From the NCBI GenBank assembly GCA_002633005.1, contig NMRA01000037.1, positions 654,703 to 718,702 on the forward strand: 64,000 bases of DNA, written 5' to 3'. Position numbers and translations under genes: made by a program. Numbering within the stretch: the stretch's first letter is position 1; every line of letters starts with the position of its first letter. This document shows, piece after piece, positions 34,251 to 46,987 of this stretch. Source of the stretch: Phoronis australis. Taxonomy: Eukaryota > Animalia > Phoronida. The notes below the pieces were generated by a model. It was not told where the DNA came from and ran no database searches. It saw nothing but the letters and a program-made list of their open reading frames with translations.

Positions 34251-36505
34251 GTACTTATCTATGCTATATTAGCTGTGTCATTAAGCCGCCAGGATTGACG
34301 GGAACAAAATCGACGAAAAAGGTTTGAATTTGTGAAAAGGGATTGAATTCACAACAACATAGGATACACGAAACCGAAGTGATTAAACAGTGAAGTCAGT
34401 AAACAGGATAGAATATACAAAACACCATTGAGTTCAGGGATATGGTATTGATGAGTGTGGATTGAATTGATGTAATAGCATTGAATACACAAGATAGGAT
34501 TGAATTGTGGTACAATTGGCATCCAGTTCATTAAATGGAATTGAAATTACATTTTGGTGTTGTTTGCTTAAATGGCCGCCCATATGAATTGCTTAAATGG
34601 CTGCCCATATGAATTGCCACATCATTTGACAACAATTGAAGTTTGGTAATGTTCCGAGTAGTTGCAACAAATAAGCTATGAACCTGATTTTTTTAATCAA
34701 AATANNNNNNNNNNNNNNNNNNNNNNNNNNNNNNNNNNNNNNNNNNNNNNNNNNNNNNNNNNNNNNNNNNNNNNNNNNNNNNNNNNNNNNNNNNNNNNNN
34801 NNNNNNNNNNNNNNNNNNNNNNNNNNNNNNNNNNNNNNNNNNNNNNNNNNNNNNNNNNNNNNNNNNNNNNNNNNNNNNNNNNNNNNNNNNNNNNNNNNNN
34901 NNNNNNNNNNNNNNNNNNNNNNNNNNNNNNNNNNNNNNNNNNNNNNNNNNNNNNNNNNNNNNNNNNNNNNNNNNNNNNNNNNNNNNNNNNNNNNNNNNNN
35001 NNNNNNNNNNNNNNNNNNNNNNNNNNNNNNNNNNNNNNNNNNNNNNNNNNNNNNNNNNNNNNNNNNNNNNNNNNNNNNNNNNNNNNNNNNNNNNNNNNNN
35101 NNNNNNNNNNNNNNNNNNNNNNNNNNNNNNNNNNNNNNNNNNNNNNNNNNNNNNNNNNNNNNNNNNNNNNNNNNNNNNNNNNNNNNNNNNNNNNNNNNNN
35201 NNNNNNNNNNNNNNNNNNNNNNNNNNNNNNNNNNNNNNNNNNNNNNNNNNNNNNNNNNNNNNNNNNNNNNNNNNNNNNNNNNNNNNNNNNNNNNNNNNNN
35301 NNNNNNNNNNNNNNNNNNNNNNNNNNNNNNNNNNNNNNNNNNNNNNNNNNNNNNNNNNNNNNNNNNNNNNNNNNNNNNNNNNNNNNNNNNNNNNNNNNNN
35401 NNNNNNNNNNNNNNNNNNNNNNNNNNNNNNNNNNNNNNNNNNNNNNNNNNNNNNNNNNNNNNNNNNNNNNNNNNNNNNNNNNNNNNNNNNNNNNNNNNNN
35501 NNNNNNNNNNNNNNNNNNNNNNNNNNNNNNNNNNNNNNNNNNNNNNNNNNNNNNNNNNNNNNNNNNNNNNNNNNNNNNNNNNNNNNNNNNNNNNNNNNNN
35601 NNNNNNNNNNNNNNNNNNNNNNNNNNNNNNNNNNNNNNNNNNNNNNNNNNNNNNNNNNNNNNNNNNNNNNNNNNNNNNNNNNNNNNNNNNATCTCAGCTG
35701 TCTATAATCGATGTCAAACTTTGGTCTGCCTTGTCTTCCATTTTGAATAATATCAGGTTGATTATGTGCAACGTCGGGCCGGGCGTTCAGGCCAGCATCA
35801 CTGTGAACATGGTCGCTAAGGGCACTTGCATTCCTAAAAAGATCAGGTGCACTTGACAGGGCAAAGCCGCGTCTTCTAGTCCTGGAACATCCAACATTAC
35901 CCGAAGCAAATGCCCCAACCTATACAGGAACCCGTCATCGAACTGTTGGTTTCTTGACGATATGTTCTTGAAAGTTTCTATTTCGAGAGTAAATAGTCTT
36001 GTTGTTGACATCTCCCGATTGAGTTTATCACCAAAGAGCACATGTCCTTATCCAAGCTCACGCGAGATATTAGCTGTGTCATTAAGCCGCCAGGATTGAC
36101 GGGAACAAATTCGATGAAAAAGGTTCGAATTCGTGAAAAAGGAGTGAATTCACAACACCATAGGCTACATGAAACCTAAGTGATTAAACAGTGAAGTCAG
36201 TAAACAGGATAGAATGTACAAAACACCATTGAGTTCAGGGATATGGTATTGATGAGTGTGGATTGAATTGATGTAATAGCATTGAATACACAAGATAGGA
36301 TTGAATTGTGGTACAATTGGCATCCAGTTCATTAAATGGAATTGAAATTACATTTTGGTGTTGTTTGCTTAAATGGCCGCCCATATGAATTGCTTAAATG
36401 GCCGCCCATATGAATGGCCACATCATTTGACAACAATTGAAGTTTGGTAATGTTCCGAGTAGTTGCAACAAATAAGCTATGAACCTGATTTTTTTAATCA
36501 AAATA
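33897..36505. repeat. Near-identical blocks 33897-34704 and 35691-36505 flanking an N gap (probable haplotypes)
   Basis: Direct comparison. Confidence 0.85.
34705..35690. other. Assembly gap (other gaps at 4641-4804, 15517-15546, 56332-56422)
   Basis: Runs of N. Confidence 1.
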
Positions 36506-36634
36506 TTTCACTCGAAGATTAGAAAAGCATAACCAGTGCTATTGACTCAACTTATTTTACTAGGGAAATCCCGTCTCATCTACTTTTCATGTGGCGGAAT
36601 TTAGCAGACGGCAGAATAAATATATTGGTGAATC

Positions 36635-39600
36635 TTAGCTGCTTCCTCGAACACTTATTGTTTTTTCATTGTTGCCTTGACAAATTCTCACATCATGCAT
36701 GTATATGATTCTCTTCTGAAAAACATTGCACGTTGTCTTTGTTGAAGCGTTTTCACATGTGATTGACTGGCGGACCATGTCAATAACTCTTTCCACATGA
36801 ATGCGAACTGATGCAATTTCACATGATTTCTCAACTTCATACCTGGACAGCCGAGGTTTTACTCTACTTGTAAATACTGCGATTTCCAAACGACCACCAT
36901 ACAATCCCACTGACTTTTAAATTCCGAAACCTCTGTCCACTAAAACTACATCACCCAGAGTTATCTTTCAAGTGCTTGTCACTCATACGACCCCCCCCCC
37001 CNTCCCTTTGAAACAAAAGTTATGGCTCCCTGAGGAGCAATGCCAATTAAGTACTTCTTAGTATTGTGATATTTGTAATTAGAGTACAACACATTTAGGA
37101 AAGGAATTCTTAAAAGACCTGTGAAGTGACTTCTGGAGACAGTGGCATTGGCGATCTGGCCAATATATGTTTAAAGGGTCGAGTCGACATTAGCAAACAT
37201 CGACAACATTAATAAATCTACATGACATGGTTGTGTAGGAAGTTTTTTCAAGGTGCACTGCACGATAGTGATGATCAGGTGAGTGTTCATGTGTGAATAC
37301 TTACAAAACTATTCAGGGGTTGGTTGACATCCCAGCTCCGCTTTACACATTTCTCTATTGTAGAACAGTCGCCTGTTTTTGCAGCTGTTGTAACTTGTAA
37401 ATAATATTGAGACTGATATATTTATATAAACAAATAAATGAATTATAAACCGCATAGTGTACCTGCACTATCATTATCTTGTCCTCTTTACAAGCAGGGA
37501 GCTTCTTAAATGAAACATAATGAACATTCCAGGAGGCCGGGGATGGCGCTGGTCTTTATATTGGAAACCATATAAACTGTCATTCTTAAGTTTTGACCGG
37601 TGTTTACAACAAAGCTTCATGAATACCCTGTGTGAATATCTACAATGTGCTTTAAAAAATTAGCAGCAATTTGTCAGTATTCTTCCTTGGAAAAGGGTCG
37701 ATTGTTGGACCTATTATGTCCACTTGGATCATTGTGTCCATTTTGACTAACATTTTTAGTTCAGTCTATTATGTTTAATTTCAGTTGCCCCAAAACGTGC
37801 TTCCAACTGGTGTTGCACCGCACAGGCCTGGTGTTTGTTTGCATTCGTTTGTCCCGGTGTTGGTTGTTCCTATAGAATTTATTGTCACTAAAACTTTTGG
37901 CAACTCCGGCCTTTCTCAACCGAATTGCATAAGTGTCATGTCATTAGAATGCCCTTCGTCATTTATGATGGAGTATCAGTATAGCAGAACCAATACTTCG
38001 AAAATTATTCAGGGGTTGGTTGACATCCCAGCTCTGCTTTACATATTCCTCTAGTGTAGAACAGTCGCCTTTTTCTGCAGCTGCTGTAACCTGTATAACA
38101 CAGGTTTAAAAAGTACTGTTTATCACCAAAATGCGAATAATAACGCGGTGTACTAGTAACTCAAAAATGGAAGCGGGCCTGGACATAAGTTCAATAATTC
38201 AACACACAGATTTTAGAACCTGGGTCCCTTACCATTGCTGTGAGGATTACAGTCGAGCCTTCCTCCAAAGTTATACATCATAGGAATTAATTAGGTCTTT
38301 GGTGCCATTTGATATAGCTATTCAATAAAAATTCAGAATGCATTGTCATCACTCTCATCATCATTTCGGGAAACGTCCAAGAGCACGTTTGCAACATTTC
38401 TCTTTTTCTTTTCTTGGCGACGCTTGGACGAGTTACACCTTCGTTTGAAAGCAGTGAGGGCTTGTTTTCACTTCTCAACTTGACAAATGTGTAGAAGTGT
38501 GAGGAAACACTTGGCACATAGCCTAGAGACAGGTTATCGTTCGACTTCTTTCCTATAAAAACAATGCAAAAATGAACCTATTACCACATACAACATGCTA
38601 AACTGTGTTTGCTTAGTGCTGAAATTAATAAAAGCATAACACTGCTTACAACAGAGGTCGGCCAGTAATAAAAACAACAAAGAGTTTGGTGATTGTGGCA
38701 GGAGATCAGTTCCAGGCTTTTTTTGTTAAAAACATTTCAGTATTGCATATGTGCAAAGAATACACATATGAATCACAATAACCGTTTAGACAAGAATGTC
38801 TGGTCAACTTCTTTTCTCTTCCAAAATGTTTTCGGAAGACTTCCTGAGTATGTCTACTTGCGAAAGTTGACCTCTGAACCTATGAATTACAGGTTATTAG
38901 GTTTGAAAAGTGGTGATCAGGTGAATGTTCATGTGTGAATACTTACAAAACTATTCAGGGGTTTGTTGACATCCCAGCTCCGCTTTACATATTCCTCTAT
39001 TGTAGAACAGTCGCCTGTTTTTGCAGCTGTTGTATCCTGGAAATAATATTGAGACTGACATATTCATATAAACAAATAAATGAATTATAAATCACATAGT
39101 GTACCTGCACTATCATTATGTTGTCCTCTTTACAAGCACGGAGCTTCTTAGATGAAACAGGTATGAACATTGTAGGAGGCCAGGGATACCTTAAAAGACG
39201 TGTGAAGGGACTTCTGGAGACAATGGCACTGGCGTTCTGGCCACTATATGTTTAAAGGGTCCAGTCGACATTAACACACAGCGACAACACTAATAAATCT
39301 ACACGACATGGTAGACTCGCATTAAACCTTTTTGGAGATCCTGAACATTCATGTTAAGCCTCAGTCTCATCAAAGTGATGATAAACTGTTGAAACTTTGA
39401 TACAGACTCGAACTTTTCAAAAAAAAATTTTACAACTGAAAAATTAATCGTCAGCAACTGATAGCTTGCTAGGCCAGTATTAAGCCGGACTTTTTCATCA
39501 CAGTCAAAACTCAAGTTTGTTTAATTTTTCTTTAAGCAACTTGTTGTCTTGGTGCAGATTAAAAATTTTATCATTCAAGGTTTTGTTTTGTTCATGTAGA

Positions 39601-39780
39601 GTCGCGATTTCAGCGTGATGAGAATTGACTACAACCCAGTCACAAGGTACTGCGTTGATAGATTCTTCATCATTGACTGTTGTCACTCCAGAATAAGCAG
39701 TGTCTGCCCTCTCATCATCATTTGGCGACAGATCAAAGAGCACGTTTGCAACATCCTTCTTCTTTTTCTTTCCTGCTTAC
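36635..39780 (-). mobile_element. Scrambled ISL2EU/Harbinger transposase remnants (THAP, HTH and DDE_Tnp_4)
   Basis: [48 protein letters not shown] (36635-37090); IYWPDR..LQKSL (37100-37230, repeated at 39190-39310); KVRLNTGL...QFIITLMRLRLNMNVQDL (39299-39514); THAP tail GKKSND..GYVPSV (about 38500-38552). Multiple stops and frameshifts. Confidence 0.8.
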
Positions 39781-40092
39781 AACATTTCAGTTTTGCATAT
39801 ATTCTAAGAATACATATGAATTAAAAGAACAATCTAAAGAAAAATGTCTGGTCAACGTTTCTCTTATCTCTTCCAAAATGTTTTGGGAGGACTATTCCTG
39901 AGTATGTCTTTACTCGCGAAAGTTGACCTCTGAACCTGTGAATTACAGGTTATTAGGTTTGAAAAGTGGTGATCAGGTGAGTGTTCATTTGTGAATACTT
40001 GCAAAACTATTCAGGGGTTGGTTGACATCCCAGCTCCGCTTTATATATTCCTCTATTGTAGAACAGTCGCCTGTTTCGGCAGCTCTTGTAAC
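37305..40092 (-). pseudogene. Four copies of a 90-nt ankyrin-repeat-like exon (37305-37394, about 38001-38090, 38947-39036, 40003-40092)
   Basis: Each translates as VT(T/R/A)AA(K/E)(T/K)GDCST(I/L)EEY(V/I)KRSWDVNQPLNSF, matching AAxxG...DVN. Neighbouring ACKEDxIxIVQ and GATP segments are also ankyrin-like. Confidence 0.5.
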
Positions 40093-40989
40093 CTGGAAAT
40101 AATATTGAGACTGACCTATTTATATAAACAAATAAATGAATTATAAATCGCATAGTGTACCTGCACTATCCTTATGTAGTCCTCTTTACAAGCACGGAGC
40201 TTCTGAGATAAATCATGCATGAACATTGCAGGAGGCCGGAGATACCCCTGGGTCTTTATAATGGAAACCATGTGAACTGCTATTCTAAAATTGTAACCCA
40301 TGTTTACATCAAAGCTTCATGAATACCTGGCTACACTGTACTATTTAGCAGTATTGCGCAATGTTAAAAAAGATTATAACTGTTACATCCACAACATTCC
40401 TCCAAACAGGTTACCATTAGTAGTTTCTGACAATGCAAAAGGCAGCGCAAAATTCTAGGCATGTTTACCACCACAAAATATTGATAAGTCCTAACAGTCG
40501 ACACACAAATGTCATAAACATCTGTACTTCGGGACCCGATTGACGATGACGCCGTCTTTTGGAAGCAGTTTCCAGCACGGTCGCGCATTAGTTGCTTAAA
40601 GACTCGTAAGTGGCTTTCTCAATGCTCTCTATAGCGCAAGGGTTCCTGGAAAGCGAAACGTTCTCCAGAAGACTCAACTGTAGTGAACGAGTATCCCACG
40701 ACATAATGCTACATGTAGTTTAATTGTTTCCTCTCAAGCTTTGTGTAGTGATGCTTATCAATTACTGCTAGGTGAAGTTGCAGACATTCTGTTCGTCACT
40801 TGGCCTAAGTGCGGCGCAGCTTATTAAAGTAACACCTACCAATTTTAAGTCGAAAACTATTTGTTGATGTAACATACGAATAATTACTTATGTACTCGAT
40901 TTTGTAACTGTATGTGTAATTATGTACATGATTATGTATTGCTTCACCCTGATAATATATTGTACAAGATTAGATATATATGATGCCCG

Positions 40990-41883
40990 AGACGGACGTA
41001 ATTTGGTCGTTTTCACTTCACGACCTTTTGTTGACCACAGCCATTACAGATCCAAATGAACGCTCCTAGTCAACTACATCCGGATCACCGCTGGTATTTT
41101 CGTACCTTAGAGTTGTCCTTCGGAAGTCTTTTACGTTTGCGCGTGTGCGAACTTCATAGGAAAGGGATTTGGTCAAACGACGGCTAAAATAATGACTTCA
41201 GCCTAGAAGAACTCAAACGTTGTTGGCGACGGTCATTATTCTTATTTCTGTTGTGTTTTAACTCTTACACCTTTAATCCCGCCACATTCGACGGCATTAT
41301 CAATTTTAAGTCATATGACTTGCTGTAATGATTCAAAGTTCGTACATGCGCTCGAGAGATGTAACAATGGTCTGACCACGCGGAGGCTTGCATTACTCTA
41401 GTCACAAGACGGCGCCCTGTGGGCTATTGGAAGTAAGCGGNAGACGGACGTAATTTGGTCGTTTTCACTTCACGACCTTTTGTTGACCACAGCCATTACA
41501 GATCTAAATGAACGCTCCTAGTCAACTACATCCGGATCACCGCGGGTATTTTCGTACCTTAGAGTTGTCCTTCGGAAGTCTTTTATGTTTGCGCGTGTGC
41601 GAACTTCATAGGAAAGGGATTTGGTCAAAAGACGGCTAAAATAATGACTTCAGCCTAGAAGAACTCAAACGTTGTTGGCGACGGTCATTATTCTTGTGTT
41701 TTAACTCTTACACCTTTAATCCCGCCACATTCGACGGCATTATCAATTTTAAGTCATATGACTTTCTGTAATGATTCAAAGTTCGTACATGCGCTCGAGA
41801 GATGTAACAATGGTCTGACCACGCGGAGGCTTGCATTACTCTAGTCACAAGACGGCGCCCTGTGGGCTATTGGAAGTAAGCGG
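40990..41883. repeat. Near-identical blocks 40990-41440 and 41442-41883 joined by a single N
   Basis: Direct comparison; one small indel and a few SNPs. Confidence 0.85.
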
Positions 41884-43567
41884 AAGGATTTCATTTAAGT
41901 ATGTGACTTCCCTAAATAATCAACAAATTGTATCTGAATATGCAAAATATGCTTTTATTAAATGGATGTACTGCTTATTCAAAGTAAACTGCATTGCATT
42001 ACTGAGGAGATGTCTCAGTTGATTCCCAATATATATACAACGCACTCTATGGTCCTGATCGACCCGAGACGGTGTTCACGTGCTTACTTCAATACCCGGC
42101 GCTTCAGTACGCGTGTCTCTTTCTGTTTCGGCTGACTATTGTTAACTTAAGTTCATGAGCTGAAGACGTCCCTTCTTTCTCTGTCTATGCGGCAATGTTA
42201 TTTTTTTAATATATTTATGTTTATGTAATAAATTCTGAAAGGTTCTTATATGCTTGTAATTCCTCTAGCTGGTCGGACAGATCTTCTGCAACCATGCTAT
42301 TTATTTGGGTAAATTTAAAACAAACGTCACGGGAAACGCCACTGTGGTTGACCAACATGTGGAACCATGCAGACATTCACATCAGTCTTCAAAGTGTGAC
42401 TCATACAATGTCTGAAGTAGATGTCCACCACTAAGATTATTTAGCTAAGAGTATCGCAAAGTTAATCAGGGCCGAAACTAGGAGTTTTTAGTTTGGGTGG
42501 CATCAAACGTAGTTTGTCCAACGTGTGTATTATGACAACTTTAAAACCTTCCCTTGAAAGTACGTGTTGAGATTGGACGCCAGTAAAAGCATACGCTTTT
42601 GATTTTTGGAGACCTTTTTGGTCAATTTGGCGAGTTCTACTTAGTATAAAAGACAGCGTAAATCAATTTCTGTAAATGTCAAATTAATAAAAAATACCAG
42701 TTCCTCTAACCGAATGTGGTGATGGACTGAGCAAGTGTCGAAAAGGTCAAACTGTTCAAGTAAGCCATGTTCTCTCGCCTTTCATTTCACTTGGGGCTTG
42801 GCAATTGTACCAAGAACGGGTACGCTTAATAAAACCAACACAACTGCTTTTCAGTCAGTCTGGCACAAGTGCTTGCATTGTACGACTCAATCACAACGTC
42901 ACACTTCCTTTTTGAGAAATTGTTGAAGTGAGATTGTCGGCATTATCTCCCAGACAAATTTGAAACCGGCGATCTCAGCTATCGCACTTTGGAAAGGAAT
43001 TCAGGGGAATTGTCGTCCGACTTTGATCCTCACAGTGGCAACTTCATAGCAACTGGAGTTTTTTAAATGTCGCCAAACCGAGGTCGCATTGGCTGGTCTG
43101 GAAGTCAACGTCGTAAATCGGTGACTTACTAAAATCAAGAAAACAGTATATAGCTCCGGCCATATCTAATAACTTGAATAAGTTTTATCACAATATCCAG
43201 CAATAATCACAAAAATGCATTTTTTGCCCCAAAACCAATTTTGTACCACGTACGTGAGTATAGGCACACTTGATACCCATTGTTTTGCTTCGAGTTTTGG
43301 GATAGAACCCTTCGTTTTGTAAGTACTTTTTGTTTTAAATAGGATGTCAGATAGCCCTCCTTATTACACGTCCGAAAGCGAGTTTGAAGTTTTCGAATAC
43401 TTCTTGGTTTTATTGCACGTGTCCTTAAGAACATTTTATTGAAATCGACTAAAATCATTCAAAATTACATTTCAGAGTCAGCACAATATACCAAACTGTC
43501 TAAAGGCGCCCACGAAAACGGCAACAGTCCCCTTTAAACCGGGTGAATTAAGTTATCTTGTGCTTAA

Positions 43568-43955
43568 AAGAATACCGGTTTTGGCCTGTTAACAGATATT
43601 GAAAACCAAACGGCGTTCAAATGCTCTGAAACGAAATACAGGTAATACTCTGTAACCCTCGACAACCCTCAAAGCTAGGTTTGGAGAAAAGAATGAAAAC
43701 TCCTTGCACAGTCTGCTAAACGGGCAAGCGTGACCTACGCTATTAGCGAATTGCACGGCAACTGTGGGAAAAGACCACCCACTAAGAACCGTAATGTGTC
43801 TCGGTGTTGCATGGGGAGTACGAGTCTAGCTGATAACTTATTTTGTGTATCAATATTGACGCCAATGGTTGCATGAGCAGGCGACAGCACGATGATTGGT
43901 TTAAACTTAGTTATCGTCTGAGGTTAAAATCATCAAGTCGGGGTTTAGTATCCTT
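43568..43955. mobile_element. TTAA-flanked MITE (Kolobok-like), same family as 12349-12693
   Basis: TTAA|aagaatacc ... gtttagtatcctt|TTAA plus the shared core. Confidence 0.6.
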
Positions 43956-44937
43956 TTAAATAGAAGGCAGATTTCATTACTGCAGTAATTTGTGTCATTT
44001 TATACCTTCATTCAATCGTTCTTCGACGGCATTGAGTTAATCCAAGTCACAGATATGCAGTCAAAAGCATTTCACAGAAGCAGAATATTTATAGCCACTC
44101 GACAACACAATGATAACTAGCTCACAACGCTGCATCTAACTTCTGGTGACGTCATTACCTCGTGCTTGTATGTTCATTCATGTGTACATTCTGGCCCTCT
44201 GTGCTACCATAGTATCTGTGGCTTCATGAATTATGCCTCGGTTTCTGTCAAGTGTTTTACTTTGCCAGCAGAACGGAGTCGTCTATTCATCCATTGCCCA
44301 TAGTTCACGAGAGCATTTCCGTAAGCGTATCGAGGATATCAACCATTTACCGGCGATAAGTTTCATGAAAATCCAAAGCTTTGCTCAGATCTTTAGTACT
44401 TTTCTTCCGGTGTATAAAGACATAGCAAACTAAACGTAAACACCGATGTAGATATTCAGTTGCTGAGTGGAGGCTATCATCCGACCCCCTGCAAAAGCGC
44501 AAAGCGCACTGGATAATTTTTGACCATCTGACGTAATCCGTTAAGAATTAAAGTTGATGAAATTGGGTCATTTGGCCCCCCCCCCACCGTGTCAGCAAGG
44601 TGCTTGAAACAACCGTGGAACCCGGAAACATCTATGTACCATTAAAGCATGACCTAATAAAGTGAGCCCCTAATAGTTATGCGAATCTTGACCTTGGGTC
44701 TCATTTTTCACTCTCTGAATTTGACGAAACTAAAAGGAATTTTACAGACGACTTTCCGCCATCCAGAATTTTCGTCGAATTTCGCATACCGGGGTAGTGG
44801 TTTCTTACATTACTTTTATACCGCATCAGTCCATTTTTGGTACCCCAAGTGTAAATTGTGTGAAACATCTTTTACTATATGTCAAAACCATACCCTCACT
44901 AAACGCGTAACATGTTCAGGTCTACGTTAAACTAGCA

Positions 44938-45093
44938 GGGGCGGATCCAGGATTTTGAGTTGCGGGGCGTTGCAGAGTATTAACCAGGAATTTGCCCGTA
45001 AAACACTTACACCCCGAATTACCAAATTTAATATGGGAGAATTTTAGGGGGGGGGCATGGCCCCCTTGGCCCCCCCCCCTCTAAATCTGACTA
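44938..45093 (+). mobile_element. Short GC-rich MITE (GGGGCGGATCCAGGA family); related copies at 53818-53990 (opposite strand) and 52135-52292
   Basis: Shared aggggcggatccaggattttgagttg start and G/C-run hairpin. Confidence 0.6.
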
Positions 45094-45789
45094 GATCCTG
45101 TTATTATTTCCACCATTTCTAGTAATTGGCGTCAGTCTTCCAACTTAAAGGCAGGAATCAACTGAAAATTCATACTCCTATGTCCCACATTGGACATAAT
45201 GCTCATTGGTGGGTGATTTTCCACACAGTTGCCAGGGAATTCGCTTGACTGTTTAGCAGACATTGAAAGGAGGTTTCAAATTTTCCTCCAAACTTTTTGG
45301 GGGTTGTCTAGAGTTGCAGAGAATTATTTTATTTCATACAACTGGATGGGAAAGTCGTTTTTAGTGTATGTTAACAGCAAAAACCGGGTTTGGTATCCTT
45401 TTAAGAGAGTAATTTCTCGTAAAGTTTTGTTAAAACGTACTTAAGTTTCCGACGACCAGGGCCGGCAGATGTTGTGGCGATGGGGGGAATCTCGTTTTTC
45501 AAACCAGTTTTCTTGCTGTATATCGTCTAAATAAAAATTCGTTTCTTAGACGGAACGCAGATTTACAACACTTTTTTTAATCATGCTGTAGCAAGAACTT
45601 TATGAAACAAAATTTAATCAACTTGTGTGTTTCAATTGTCAGTTATGTGTTCATGTAAAGAACGCATTATATCACGGTGCATGTCATAATTGGTGACATA
45701 AAACTGTGTATATTGGCAATTAACCTTATGAAATTTTTGATGTGCCGCGTAACTATGCTCGCTGGCATGTTTCGATTGGAACCAGGACA

Positions 45790-46560
45790 ACGACGAACTG
45801 AACGCTGAATTGTCTGTAGCCGAATTAGATCTTTCTCTTAAGCAAATAACGCTGCAAGACCGGATAGCTAACCGTATCATTGACAGTGGCACCTGGTGGA
45901 CCAGGGGCGTTATAATACCACTGTATAAAAGCCTCTCAAGGGACGACCTTAACAACCGTCGGGCAATCACGCTGTTGGATGACGCTGGAACTTTTTGAGT
46001 TGCTTTGCAACCGTTGAAATAATTAGGCGGAAACGTTGCCATAAGCCCATGCAGGCTTTAGAAAAAACATTCTCCACTGTAGCCATTATTTTTATTTTGC
46101 GCATATTAGTAATTAAATATTTGTTGAAAGACTGGGACGTATTTTAATGTCTCTTCGTAGATTTCAAGAAAGCATTCGACTCAAATTCTGGAGATGTTGC
46201 TTAAAATATAAACTGCTGCATTACATCATTGGAGGTTCCAAGCATGGACTATTAAGTAAAATGCATTGAAACGTTAAATCACGTGGTGCTTTCTTGAACC
46301 CAGACAGAGCGATAACTGCTTATTATGGTTGTTTGTTAGGAGTTCGTCAGGTTGTCATTTATCCCCTTTTTATTTTCATGACCTATCTTGAGCATGAGCT
46401 GCACGCAAGTTACTTTACACTTGTGTATCAATGGGTCTTTTAAGCATGTACTCTCGTCTGTTTGCCGATGACTTAGTATTTGCCAACACGTCATTTAATT
46501 TGCAAAGGTTTGTAAACAATCTTGACATGCTCTGTAGAAAATGTATGATAATTAATAAAT
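45790..46560 (+). mobile_element. Degenerate non-LTR retrotransposon reverse transcriptase fragment
   Basis: WTRGVIIPLYK...NRRAITLL, FVDFKKAFDS, GVRQ and LFADD motifs in order, with frameshifts. Confidence 0.75.
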
Positions 46561-46987
46561 ATGAAAGTTTTAGTTTTTTTGAAAAGGCGGCTGTTTGAGG
46601 AGTTACGAAAAGTGTTTTAAGAAGGAAAAAATATCGGTGGTGCCTAGATATGGGATGGATGACAAAACAGTTGACTGCAAACAGTAATCTGATCCTCAGT
46701 AGCTCATTGGCTAGATCACCAGTTCGGCAATCTAGAGACCTGTGGTTCGGTAAGAGATTCACGGTGGGGTTCCTGGATTTTTTGTGTACTTGTTTCAAAC
46801 TAGTAAGCATAATTACCTTAGCAAATGTCATGGTGAAGTGTGGAAATACAAATGCAGTTAAATATTTGTTAGCATTGTTAGCAGCGTTGGTAACAGAACA
46901 AACGATGTAGATACGAAGGTTTTTGTAATGTGTTATAAACTTGTTTACCTGTGTCTCAGGGCTGGTATACAAAAAGAAGCATGCCTT

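Noticed and set aside
34662-35856. Long 362-aa and 392-aa ORFs
   Set aside because: Artefacts of translating an N gap.
46415-46972. 185-aa ORF immediately downstream of DHCR7, suggesting an operon-like pair
   Set aside because: No recognisable domain, non-ATG start, overlaps the antisense of a decayed LINE; probably 3'UTR.
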